Source: Eutreptiella sp. 'Long Island Sound 2002'
Lineage: Eukaryota; Protista; Euglenida
Assembly (NCBI GenBank): GCA_964036045.1
Contig: OZ038378.1
Coordinates: 16,616,001-16,680,000 of the forward strand
Direction: 5' to 3'
Length of the DNA: 64,000 bases
The notes beneath the pieces are model-generated. The model was not told the origin of the DNA. It made no database searches and saw only the letters and a program-made list of their open reading frames with translations. The position numbers were made by a program, and so were the translations under genes. Shown one piece after another: positions 39,301 to 52,666 of this stretch (position 1 is its first letter; every line of letters begins with the position of its first letter).

Positions 39301-42300
39301 ATGGGCATGCATGTGATCAGCAGCCTCCTCATCAGGCCATATGAGGCCCAGCCAATCACTCTTACAATCACACGTCGCATGCTCATTCGTACCACAGTGT
39401 AGGCACCACAGCCAACGTGCCGATGGTCGTGCAGTCAGGAAATGCTTGGTCCCCTCACCACCCCTTTCTTCCGGGCCCTTTGGTATATGCGCCCGGCTGT
39501 CATATTTGCGGCAGGCTTTGATCCCATGATCCAGAGACCCACAAAAGACACACTGGCATGACGTTTGTCTCGCGCCACAGAGCAGTCGTGTGATCACTGC
39601 ATGGCATGTGGGGAGAGCCCTTGCACGATGAGCAGGATTCTGCTGGCGGGGACCCATGGGAGCCGCTGTGTGAAGGTTGCGGGCAGCGGTATGCACGATG
39701 CCCAGCTTTGTGCAGTGGAAGCCTATGTCCGTTTGCCACGGTACATCACCATCTCCCACCGCACCGCACGTGACAAGGACGGTGATGAATGTGACGCCAA
39801 TAGAGACACGTTGCCAAGGAGGGGGAACACATGGTCACAAAACGGGCTAACGGGAGATTGGGATCAGAATGAAGACGTAATTGTCTCAAGTGCCCAACGA
39901 CAGACTGGGCTGTCCAGGGCAGTGCACACACAGACGCAGTCGACAGACGCGATAACAAACAAGCACCGGTGAGAGCAGCCTGAGTGTTCCATTTCCTCCA
40001 AGTCACCCAAAGAGCCAGAAACCGACCGTATGGCAACGAGGCGCCTTTCTGCAAGGGGGACACGGGAATGCTGGCAGCAGCGCCAGCCCCTCAGGGCTGA
40101 GCCCTTCGCGCGCGGTCACGGAGAGGGCAATGCAGTTGGATTGACAGTTCAGCGCATTCAGGGGGCTCTGCAAATGGAAGAAGATGTTGCATCACCTCGC
40201 AAGTGGAGGTGCATTGCAATCCTGTGCCTGAGACCTGAAAACTGTGTGTTCATTCGGTGTTGCATGCTGAGATAGGAGACCCTTTGCTTACATCATATTC
40301 TCAGCATATTTCATGTTGGCACTTCACCCGGCCGCCTTTGTAACCGCCCCCAACCGCTTTTCTAACCGATGCCAGCCGCTGCTCATTTATGACGTCCTTC
40401 TTTGTCTGTCCTCAGAGTCCCCCCTCGGCAGTCTCAGTGCACAGCAGGCGAGCCTGCAGCAGCAGCTGCAGCAAATCATGCGACAGCAGGAGCTTTTGAA
40501 CCAGCGCAGCGCAGCGCTGGAGCGGCAGCAGGCGGAAAAGTTGCAGTCGAAACGTGAGGCTAGTGATACCCGTCATTTGAACACATGCCAATTATCATAT
40601 TCCAACCCCTAGCCCTGCAGCCTGGGCCCCCAGGCCCTGTCCAGGCATAAGGCGTAGAAAGGGGTGTGACTTTGCATTGAAGGAGCGTTCGTCACCACAT
40701 TTGAACAATAGACATATCTTTTTTTGTATGATTAGAGGGGCATGTCACCTTTGCCCGCTACGCGCCAAGAGAAATGAGTCATGCGGGCTGTACATTGGGA
40801 AACTGCGCACCGTGTGCACACGGTGCACGCGGTGCACGACGCGGTGCGGCATGCGGTGCATGGTGTTTGGGTTGGTTTTGCCTGTGGAGATCAACACCCA
40901 AAGATTCTTTCTTCTTTCCTCTGTTGCAGTCATCTTTGCTGCAATACTACGCTCAGGGTGTGGAGTTGTAAGTGAACATCCCTGTTCCTGTGTTCAATCG
41001 TCTGCACTGCAGACCTGAACTTTCTTTGATTTTGTTCTTGCAACGTCCAGTCCCAGATCCATGCCGCGCAAAAAGAACATTGGGAGCGTCCGCACGAGAT
41101 TACAATTACCTTACGGCCCTTCCCTGGCAGAGGGTGTGGGCGGCAACAACAGCCATCGGTGCGGAGGTAGATTCGAGGCCTCCGTTGTTGTATGTTGACC
41201 CCTGAGGTCACCGCGTCCCTGCCATTGTGAAAAGTTGGCAATTTCTCCAAAAACAGTGGTCAAATGCTTGCACGCGTTGCGCACACGTGGTGCACACGGT
41301 GCGCATGCTTTTCTTATTGGCAGAAGGAGTATCAGACCCTGATGCTGCCATCTACTGCGGCCTGGTGACAACCTGCTGTTTGCTGATCTCTGCCTGGTTG
41401 GTGTTACCTGCCACGTCTGCTGCCTACCGAAAGCCTGAGACGTCTCAGTGCTTACTGTTTTTATGATATGTCGTCTAAACTCGAGGTTGTCCAAAGTAGA
41501 GCAGAGAATTCTGCAGAATCAGTGAGTGCGTGTGTGTGGGCATGGGGGGCACTCTGTTAAGTAGAAGCCCTGCAGTGATAAGATAACCGCCGTTAAGAAT
41601 AGACTTGGGGTCATCATTCACAAGTATTTTTTGGGATACTTCGCTGGCTGGCTTTTACGCACCAGTGGTCTCCATCGTGCTTTTGTGAAAACCCCCAAAT
41701 TCTTATCAATTGCGAACGCAAAATCAAACAGGTTTCCTCGAAAATGGTTCTGTGGTGAAACCCTTACAAAAACTCAGACCTCTGTGACCTCGTCCCTTTG
41801 AATGTGCACCGTACGGCAATGTCCATTCACTGCAAAAAGCCGACAGCTTCTCGCCCACCCTTCAACTAACTTTGGTACTGCTCCTCAACAACAGTTCTGA
41901 CCATCCTGCTCAACAACCGCCATCGGGTTCTAACCCTACAGCTCCTGAAACTTTGATGCAAACAAACGATTTGTTTTACGGACTGCTCAACGAATGGTCA
42001 CATTCGTACACTTGACCTCCAGAGGTGTGAGTCATTGCAGTCATCAACCGTCTAAAAACGGCTGAACGCTGCCCATCTGCCCATCGTCATTCCAGTCGGG
42101 GAAGAGTGTCGAAATGCTGACAGTGGTGTTGCTAGGGGGACCCGCTTGACAGAGGCTTGGCTGCGGCCAAGGCAGCAAATTGGGGCTGCCCAACGTGCAT
42201 TCAACCCCCCTGCAGTGATTTTTTTTCTGACCACCCTCCCTGACCAGGCGTGTCGGAGATCGTGCGACCTTTTCGGCTATGATCCGTAAAGGCCAAGCAG

Positions 42301-45300
42301 TCGCCAATTTGGCCTTTTGGCCACCCACGTAACCCCTGGGCTGCCCCACCTTCTTGGTACCTGACCCATGGCATGGGGTCATGCATCTTCACCTGCCCCA
42401 CAGTTACACATGTATACCCTCGTGTGCTCGCGATTTTTTTTTCTGAGACCTGCCGATCACCATCCCTCCGATCCTCCCTTCGGTGTATTGTCCAGGCCCT
42501 CTTCAAGTACAGCATTTCCCCCCCGCCCGGCTGCCATCCTGGTGCATACCGGCCTCCAAAAGATCTGAATGGTGCACACCAGGGGGTATTTGGATACACC
42601 CTAAAGAGGGCTTTGCAGAACAGCACTGGGAAAATTTAATTTTGATGGCGCATGCATTGGGGCTCAATGCATTGGAGTTTTGATGCCAGGGATCAGTGGG
42701 GTCCTGGGACATGACACTGTGCACCACACCATTTTCTGTATGAATTGTTGCAAAAGTGCATCGTCTGAGGATGTTGAACGAGCACTTGGCAGTGAGGTTC
42801 CGCATTCGATTTTGCACTGGCGTGGTACATGATGAAGGGCTGGGTGAACGCTTACAAAAGAATGTGGTGTGCCAGGGGACCCTGTTGGAAAATTGGCATT
42901 TCCTTACCATGAGCAAGCTGTGCTGTCTTTCTTCACAAGGAAAGAAGCAAGATTGTTTGCATTTGGTTGCATTTCTTCCCAGCCTTGGTGTCTCTTGCCA
43001 CCGGACACCAGCCGTACTACACGGTAACCTGCCAGCCTCCATGGAAGCAGCCCCCTTGCCAAGGCCACGCCACTGGAGCATAGTGGCGGGGCCACACCTG
43101 ACCTTGGAGGCCCAGGCCATGCCTCATTCCAAGCAACGCTACCTGCACTCATGGTGTGCGTTACGCGCTCTTGCTTTGTGCACGTTTGTGTGTGTGCCAC
43201 GCGTCCCGATTCGCGGGGCAAGGATGACAATGGCAGTCGCCTATTCAATCGATACTACTCAAACAAAGCAAAAGAAGTGTCTACAATTTCTGTTGCCGGG
43301 ATGCCGGGCTGTGTCAATCCGTCCCGATCACGCCGGCCAATCCGGCTTTCCATTACTCACCTGTGGTACACCCTCAGCTGCCACTTACAAGCCCTTTAAC
43401 TAGGCTACAGCCGTCACTTTGGCCATGTTCCTGCGGGGTTGTGGGGAAACTGTCGCTGGGAGGGAGGGTAGGTTGGTGCCATCACTTGTTGCACCACGCA
43501 CCGCGGTGGTGTCGCGTGTTTTGATCAGATGGTGTTTGCCGTGCGTGATACCCTGACATTGGGATCCATATCGCCCCTTGTACACAACGCTGACCAGTCC
43601 GTCCCCTGAGGGGGCACACCTGATGCCCGGCGCATGCGGCGCCGCTATTTGGCAACGTCCATGGGAAAGATGTTGCGTTGTCGTTTGGATTTGTCCTCTC
43701 ACGCCGGCACCTCTGTGGATGTACTTACGTGAGACCACAAAGGGCCACAATGGGCCAAGAGAGATTATGAAGTGGGTGCCAATTTTAATGTGCTTGTGAT
43801 TGTGCAACGTTTGTGGGAACAAGGGGTAAACAATTTTTGTGGTCAAAGTGTTTGCTCTCCTGAGGGGCCCTTTTGAGATGGGGTAAAAACCAGGATTTTC
43901 TGGGTGCACTTGCCGCAAAAGTAGCACGAGGCGTGTGCGTGGCATGCGTGCGGCACAAGTCCTTGCCCCTGGGGTGGGGTGTGGTGGGGGTGGGGGGTGA
44001 CAGTCATCCAGGCATGTGCAGTCGCCTGTGTTCTGGCGGCGTGTTTGTTGTGGAACAGTGCTACCTCCAAAAGTTGATTGCATTGGGGACGCTGGTGGAG
44101 TGGTGGGGTGCCAGCAGTTTGATTGGGAGCTTTGGAGCAAGTTGGTGGTGGGTGACCGAATCCATGCGTTTGGTCGGCCACAGTGTGAAATGTGTGGAGT
44201 GCTGGACAAAAAGCCACATGTGCTGTCGGCATGCGAGTGCATTTGTTTGCGGCAGACACAGTGGTAAAGGCATTGGGGCCTGTGAGAGAGCCCGAGGGGG
44301 GGAGGGGAGGGGAGGGGAGGGGTCAGGAGTCTGAATTTAAGATGGTGCATTGTTGTTTGAATTCTACGTAAAGATTGCTTGGCAGCTGAAATAATACCGC
44401 CGTGAACTTTGCAGGGTTGAGGAATCTTAGTCATAGTACCTGCAGTGCCAATGAGACAAGACATGGTGTTGACATGACGCTGTGTTCTCTGTAGGTGCGC
44501 AACTGATTCGATTGTCACTGCAGAGCCGAAAGGCGCCTATGGTACCACTGACGAGGATTTTCTTGTGCTGACGTGTGCTTGTTCTCTGTGACCTGCACAC
44601 CACACGTCTCCGTACCGGGGGGGGGGGGGGGTTGCTCCACAACATCCAATCATCATGTATCTGCTCCTCTTGTTAACCACCACACAGGGGCGAACCTCTG
44701 GGTGCTGGCGTGGGCATCCTAAACCCGCTTTTGTAGTGAAAAAACGATGTCAACAATGGTTGAAGTGGCTTGCAACCCCAGAATACGTTGAAGAACCTCC
44801 CCTAACAGGCCCAACTCAACAACAAGAACAACAAAACAGGAAGATGTAACGAAAGTAGTGAACGCGTAGCAACTTTTGGGGGGCTGTCTTGAGTAGTCTA
44901 GCCAAAGTTAGGGAGGGCGACGGATGGATCCACACAAAGCAGCGCTTAGAACCTGCCCAGAGCCATCCTGCACAAGCCAAATTATCGAAAGGATGAAGAT
45001 CAAGAAGGAAGTGGTGACATTCAAGAGCCCTAGCAGAGAGAGCGAAGTTAATGCTCAATAGAAAGATGTGCAAACGCAGTAACGCAGTCTGCTAGCTGTT
45101 GTTTTTGGTTGAGCTGTGGCAGTGTTTAAGCATAATCCTCATCCTAAAATTCTGCAATTCCTCGGCCCATTCTTGCCAAATGCCCAATCTCATTTGCATG
45201 ATATGATGGAGAGGTCCACATTGGACCGCGTAACCGAGTGAATGGCTTGTGGCATGAGCGTGTTGTGCTTTGACCTTTGCCATGCATTGTGTCTCTTCCT

Positions 45301-48300
45301 AACTGTCCACGAAGGGTGGTTGGTTGTGGTCGTAATCACTTTTGTTGTGGCTGAGCACCTAAGGTTGTGCCTCTGACTTGTGGCTTAGCATTGGAAATGA
45401 AACTCTTGTGTGCCAGCCTGTTTGGTTGTTGCTGCTACCCGTGTTGCCAGTTTGCAAGGTTTCAAGGCACTGTTCCACGCTATGCACAAATATGCCTCTT
45501 GAAGCAAAAGCCCACTCTTGCAAAAAGAACACATAAGAACCGAATTGGCTTAGTGTTGCTGGTGCCACAGCTATCCCAAAAAGCCACGCACCTTCGTTGG
45601 ATGAGCATTGCTGAATTGTCATTGTTGTTGCCTGGGTTGGATCACGACTGGAGGCAAGATGTCTTGCAGTGTGTTTCATTCAGTGTTGCAAGGAGTCTGT
45701 AACCGACAGTAAATTTCTGTAACTGACCTGAAAAAGAACCACCTTTACAATTGCTGTTTTTGCGAAGCCGGCCGAATTTCGGGCCATGGTACACTTCCAC
45801 ACCGGTACATGGCCACAGACTCTATCACAATGTCAGACAACCGGTTTGATGATTCTTCGGCCCTCAAAGAGTTTCTCCTATCAAGAGGGGTTGACGAACA
45901 GCATGCTGCACAAGCTGCAACTGCCCTTTTTGCAGCAGACTTCAAAACTAAGAACACCTTGTACAACATCACAGCTGCTGACCTCCGCCCACCTCTGTCT
46001 GTTCCACTCAGCAACGCAATTGTGAGCGCATGCCACCAGCAACAAGGTGCACAACCTTCCCCGTGGCCGGTAGTCGGGTGATGAGGTACTGTTTGTGAAG
46101 CAAACACCCACTGCAGGTGCGCACGCCACTTTGAGCTGCGCATGGACACGTGGGCTTGGGTGTCCATATGGGGTGTACTGCACAAAACAGCAAGATGTCC
46201 TTGCTGTATTTGCAGGTGACAGTGTGTTGACCGAATTTTCGGCCAAGCCACAAAATTTGGACTTTTAATAGCCCATATTTTTAGCAAGGGCCACACTTCT
46301 GATTGCTTTGTAGAGATTTTATGCAGTTCTTTGTCCAACATCGCGTTGGAGAGGAACAATGGTCTCTGGCGACCGGGTGGTGGTCACTGTAAAGCACATC
46401 GGATCTGCCTGATCTTCTCGTGCCCGTAAAGTGGGTACAGTACGCAGCATCAACGTGAGTCAACCAGAGCGATCCGACTGCATGCTACATAGGCGCCTAA
46501 GAGCCGCACGTACACCCACATGCCTGCGCCGGCGCTGCAAGCGGCAGGCACTCATTAGGCCACGTTGATGCTCTGACTACGACACATCCTGCCACATAGA
46601 TACATGCAATGCCCTCTACATAACCCAAAAAACCGCAGAGGGGAGGGCGCGCTGACCCTTGGGAGTTGGCTGAGACCTCCAGGGCCTCACCTGCTCGGCT
46701 TGAGACCGAGGGCACGGGGGTTACGCACAAAATTGGGCGTCATGCTTTGAGTTCTGAAATCACAGCCTCGCTTGTGTATGACAAGTGTAACGACAGCAAA
46801 GACAGAAGACCAACCGTCCCTTGGTTTTGCGTTTCGGGTTGCTCCTTGAAAGCATGGCGGCATGGACCGCATGCAAAGCAGCTGTTTGCTACTTCGGCAA
46901 GAGGTACTACCAGCGATGTAGCGTCATGGGGCCAACCAAGCACACCCCATGGACCCAGCAAGATAGGCCAGAGCTCGAGCCAGCCCACCAGCCAGTCTCC
47001 TCACAGGCGCAACAAAGGTGCATCTTCCGGCAGTCTGAACACATGTATTCATTGCCAAGCACCCACGCAACCTACCGTGCCTGGCATGTTCTTTGTTGCC
47101 ATGCCTTCTGCCTCCAAGGTTGCAACAAGTGTGCTTGCGTGTGGTTGTATGTTGAAGAATGTTCATATTTTTCGCTGTGACAGCATTTCATGTCACTTGA
47201 CCAACAGTCCAATAGAGAATACCAGAGACACACTGCGCAAGCTGCAGTTGGGGTCATAGAGGTGGTGCCGAGTTAAGCCCCCGTATGCCATCATAGATTC
47301 CAAGTTGGGACCCCCACGTAGCACCATCGATGGGCCAGTTGGGGCGCCCATGTGACAGACACCAAATGTGACAGCCCCCCCCCCCCCCTGGCACCGTTAG
47401 TGCCAACCCCCCACTCCTCACTGCTTTGGCACAAGTGCCCCCCCCTTCGGCTTTGTCATGACCGCCCCTTGGTTTGCATCAGATTTGGAGCAAAGGAATG
47501 TTACCCTGAAGCAAGAGAAAGTTGCCGTGGAGCAAGAGAAAGATGCCCTGAAGCAAGAGAAAGATGCCCTGAAGCAAGAGAAAGATGCCCTGAAGCAAGA
47601 GAACGATGCCCTGCAACATGCATTCACGGTACAACATGCATTGACGGATGTACAAAGGAGGTTGCAAAGCAGTATGTACCTTGTAGCAAGGCTTCAGAAA
47701 TTGGTCGCAAGCAACCGAGCCATGCGCTCCCACACCACGTCGCTTTTTTGTTACACCGTTTACGCCTTCATTCGACGTGTTACTGGTGGGTGTTGGTGTG
47801 TACAAGTGCCAAAATGGGACCTCCGGTTGGCACCACATATTGTCTTTTTGTCAAAATTCTGTTGCAAACGAGTGAAACCCCTGTTTGTGAATTTTTTTTT
47901 TGCAGGAAATGTTTTAACTTACTAGAGGGATATATCGTGAATGCCCCTGGATATATCCTGGATGCACCGAGCTGCATCTCCAATGTGCTGGGATATATCC
48001 GGTGCAATGTCCCCCAGGGGGGAGCGGGGATACCGTCACTTTCATGACCGTTCCCCCCTCCATGGGGGTTTACTGTCCCAACAAAAGGAAGGTGCTTTCA
48101 TGGGGCGGGGGGGGCGGGGTATAAATGAGTCAAGCATGATTCCTGCCTGAAACCAGAAAATGCACAATGTAGTAAAAAAACCAAAGAACCAAGACCCCAC
48201 CCAAATGTAACGTAAGGCGTTGAGCAGCAGCAGGCATGATGTTCGTCTTTCGGGGTTGTGTTCATGGATCCTGCTTGACATGGTACCTCAAATTCCGCTG

Positions 48301-51300
48301 CTCGGTGACAAATGGTTTGTTTGTGGTAGCTGCTTCATGGCAGGAGATGGACAAGTGCAAGTTTGTCGGATGTGGTTGTTGCAGCTCTGCATTTGTGTTG
48401 AAATTTTCACCTACTTGCAACACCCCGTCGGCAACACAGTCGGCGTGATGGGTGCCACAAAGACGACACAGACATTCGCAACAAGAGGACACAATTCATG
48501 CTTTGAGTTCTGAAATCACAGCCTCGCTTGTGTATGACAAGTGTAACAGCAGCAAAGACGGAAGACCAACCGTCCCTTGGTTTTGCGTTTCGTGTTGCTC
48601 CTTGAAAGCATGGCGGCATGGACCGCATGCAAAGCAACTGTTTGCTACTTCGGCAAGAGGTACTACCAGCGATGTAGCGTCATGGGGCCAACCAAGCACA
48701 CCCCATGGACCCAGCAAGATAGGCCAGAGCTCGAGCCAGCCCACCAGCCAGTCTCCGCACAGGCGCAACAAAGGTGCATCTTCCGGCAGTCTGAACACAT
48801 GTATTCATTGCCAAGCACCCACGCAACCTACCGTGCATCACCCCAGCCATTCTGGCATGTTCTTTGTTGCCATGCCTTCTGCCTCCAAGGTTGCAACAAG
48901 TGTGCTTGCGTGTGGTTGTATGTTGAAGAATGTTCATATTTTTCGCTGTGACAGCATTTCATGTCACTTGACCAACAGTCCAATAGAGAATACCAGAGAC
49001 ACACTGCGCAAGCTGCAGTTGGGGTCATAGAGGTGGTGCCGAGTTAGGACATCATAGATTCCAAGTTGGGACCCCCACGTAACACCATCGATGGGCCAGT
49101 TGGGGCGCCCATGTGACAGACACCAAATGTGACAAACCGCCCTCTTTGGCACCGTTAGTGCCAACCCCCCCCTCCCCCCCACCCCCCACTGCTTTGGCAC
49201 AAGTGCCCCCCCCCCTTCGGCACTGTCGTGACCGCCCCTTGGTTTGCATCAGATTTGGAGCAAAGGAATGTTGCCCTGGAGTAAGAGAAAGTTGCCCTGA
49301 AGCAAGAGAAAGTTGCCCTGAAGCAAGAGAAAGATGCTCGGAAGCAAGAGAAAGTTGCCGTGGAGCAAGAGAAAGATGCCCTGCAACGTGCATTGACGGA
49401 TGCACAAAGGAGGTTGCAAAGCAGTATGTACCTTGTAGCAAGGCTTCAGAAATTGGTCGCAAGCAACCGAGCCATGCACTCCCACACCACGTCGCTTTTT
49501 TGTTACACCGTTTACGCCTTCATTCGACGTTTTACTGGTGGGTGTTGGTGTGTACAAGTGCTAAAATGGGACCTCCGGTTGGCACCAAATTTTTTGTCAA
49601 AATTCTGTTGCAAACGAGTGAAACCCCTGTTTGTGAATTTTTTTTTGCAGGAAATGTTTTAACCTACTAGAGGGATATGTCGTGAATGCCCCTGGATATA
49701 TCCTGGATGCACCGAGCTGCGTCTCCAATGTGCTGGGATATATCCGGTGCAATGTCCCCCAGGGGGGAGCGGGGATACCGTCACTTTCATGACCGTTCCC
49801 CCCTCCATGGGGGTTTACTGTCCCAACAAAAGGAAGGTGCTTTCATGGGGCGGGGGGGGCGGGGTATAAATGAGTCAAGCATGATTCCTGCCTGAAACCA
49901 GAAAATGCACAATGTAGTAAAAAAACCAAAGAACCAAGACCCCACCCAAATGTAACGTAAGGCGTTGAGCAGCAGCAGGCATGATGTTGGCATGATGTTC
50001 GTCTTTCGGGGTTGTGTTCATGGATCCTGCTTGACATGGTACCTCAAATTCCGCTGCTCGGTGACAAATGGTTTGTTTGTGGTAGCTGCTTCATGACAGG
50101 AGACGGACAAGTGCAAGTTTGTCGGATGTGGTTGTTGCAGCTCTGCATTTGTGTTGAAATTTTCACCTACTTGCAACACCCCGTCGGCAACACAGTCGGC
50201 GTGATGGGTGCCACAAAGACGACACAGACATTCGCAACAAGAGGACACAATTCATGCTTTGAGTTCTGAAATCACAGCCTCGCTTGTGTATGACAAGTGT
50301 AACAGCAGCAAAGACGGAAGACCAACCGTCCCTTGGTTTTGCGTTTCGTGTTGCTCCTTGAAAGCATGGCGGCATGGACCGCATGCAAAGCAACTGTTTG
50401 CTACTTCGGCAAGAGGTACTACCAGCGATGTAGCGTCATGGGGCCAACCAAGCACACCCCATGGACCCAGCAAGATAGGTCAGAGCTCGAGCCAACCCAC
50501 CAGCCAGTCTCCTCACAGGCGCAACAAAGGTGCATCTTCCGGCAGTCTGAACACATGTATTCATTGCCAAGCACCCACGCAACCTACCGTGCCTGGCATG
50601 CTCTTTGTTGCCATGCCTTCTGCCTCCAAGATTGCAACAAGTGTGCTTGCGTGTGGTTGTATGTTGAAGAATGTTCATATTTTTCGCTGTGACAGCATTT
50701 CATGTCACTTGACCAACAGTCCAATAGAGAATACCAGAGACACACTGCGCAAGCTGCAGTTGGGGTCATAGAGGTGGTGCCGAGTTAAGACCCCGTATGA
50801 CATCATAGATTCCAAGTTGGGACCCCCACGTAGCACCATCGATGGGCCAGTTGGGGCGCCCATGTGACAAACACCAAATGTGACACCCTCCCCTTTGGCA
50901 CCGTCAGTGCCAACCCCCCCCCCCCCCACTGCTTTGGCACAAGTGCCCCCCCCCCCCTCCCCAGGGCGTTGCTTTAATTTTCAATCTGACCGGGGGCGGG
51001 GGGGGCTCCCCCCTGGACCCCCTCCCCCCCTCCCCTGCACCCCCTCCCCCCCTCCCCTGCACCCCCTCCCCTCCTCTCCCCTTCGCTCCAAATCACCTAA
51101 AAATCAAGGTTCTGGGAATTTTTTTTTGCTTGTGCACGAAAAAACTCTCCTGCGCCTTCGGCGCACCATTACCAGCGTACTTTTGTCATTCCCCTTGTAT
51201 CCTTTGTCCCCTGTCCCACAGATATCATGTCACAAACGTCCATAAGTGCGTTCTTTGGCTCCCCGTTCCAACCGTGCCCCTGTGCAAAACGCGACGACGT

Positions 51301-52666
51301 TATAATCGCGATCCTCTCTTTTCGTTTTCAAGATAGATGGACTGGGAAGAAAAGGCAAGAGGCATACAATGCTGCACAGAAAGCATGTGCCACACTTTCT
51401 CTAAACAGTCCAATGGCAACTCTGTGCGAGTTTGTACGACAAGCAGCCATAATGGCGCAACAAGACTGCAAGGTGCGCTGCCTGCCTCATGAGATCCTGC
51501 TCATGCAGCCTGTTCTGTGCGCACGCTGGGCAGCACAACTGCCACGAACACGCGCTCAGTTGCAACATGCGTATTTTTGGTCTTTCACAGCCCCAACAAA
51601 AGATGTGTTGCATTACCTTTTCTTCCGACATTATGACAAAAGTATATGCTGACCGGGTCATTGTGATACAATTTTGCAATTCCTTGGGTATTTGTTGCAT
51701 TCCGACCGGGGGGGGGGGGGGGCTCCCCTGGACCCCACTCCCCCCTCCCCCCCCCCCCCCCCGCTCAAGCAACGCCCTGCCCCCCCCCCCCCCCCTCGGC
51801 TTTGTCATGACCGCCCCCTTGGTTTGCATCAGATTTGGAGCAAATGAATGTTACCCTGAAGCAAGAGAAAGTTGCCGTGGAGCAAGAGAAAGTTGCCCTG
51901 AAGCAAGAGAAAGATGCCCTGAAGCAAGAGAAAGTTGCCGCGGAGCAAGAGAAAGTTGCCCTGAGGCAAGAGAAAGTTGCCGTGGAGCAAGAGAAAGTTG
52001 CCCTGAAGCAAGAGAATGATGCCCTGCAACATGCATTGACGGATGTACACAGGAGGTTGCAAAACAGTATGTACCTTGTAGCAAGGCTTCAGAAATTGGT
52101 CGCAAGCAACCGAGCCATGCACTCCCACACCACGTCGCTTTTTTGTTACACCGTTTACGCCTTCATTCGACGTGTTACTTGTGGGGTTGGTGTGTATCTG
52201 TTGTGCAAAGTTGCCAGGTATTCACTTTGGATGAGACAAGAAGATTGGGGAGGTTTCGGCTGCGCCCAGATTGCAGACTGGGCATTGAGGGTGGAAGCAA
52301 ACAATGAGCGTCCGTTTCGCTACATGGGACGGATCACCTGGTTGTGGAAGTGGCATGATTCTTAGGTGCTTCTTTGTAGAGGCTCATTGTAGATCCCGGG
52401 GGGGGGGGGGGGGCGGCCGGGCCCGGTCCTTGTATGCGACACCCCCCAGCCCCCCCCCCCCCCCCGGTTTTGAAAGATAGTGGTGCCGGGTCGGCCACCA
52501 ACAAGTGTCCCTAGAGAAAACTGTCCGGCGCCAAAGGCGCCAATTTTTTTTTCACTACGTGTTTACACTCAAAATACTCAAAATTTTGTAGAGAATTCAT
52601 ATTTGCGTTAACACAACAAGAAAAAAAATTGACCTGAAGGAGGGCTACAGGAGGGCTGCAGCCCCT
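31223..52666. repeat. ~20 kb tandem segmental duplication, copy 3
   Basis: Near-identical to copy 2, plus one extra 1.7-kb sub-unit (48496-50251). Ends at the same GCAGCCCCT junction (52666). Confidence 0.97.

Noticed and set aside
1-52666. Whole duplication as a pure assembly artefact
   Set aside because: The copies differ by SNPs, indels, sub-unit number, VNTR length and junction sequence, which favours real paralogy. Read-level confirmation is still needed.
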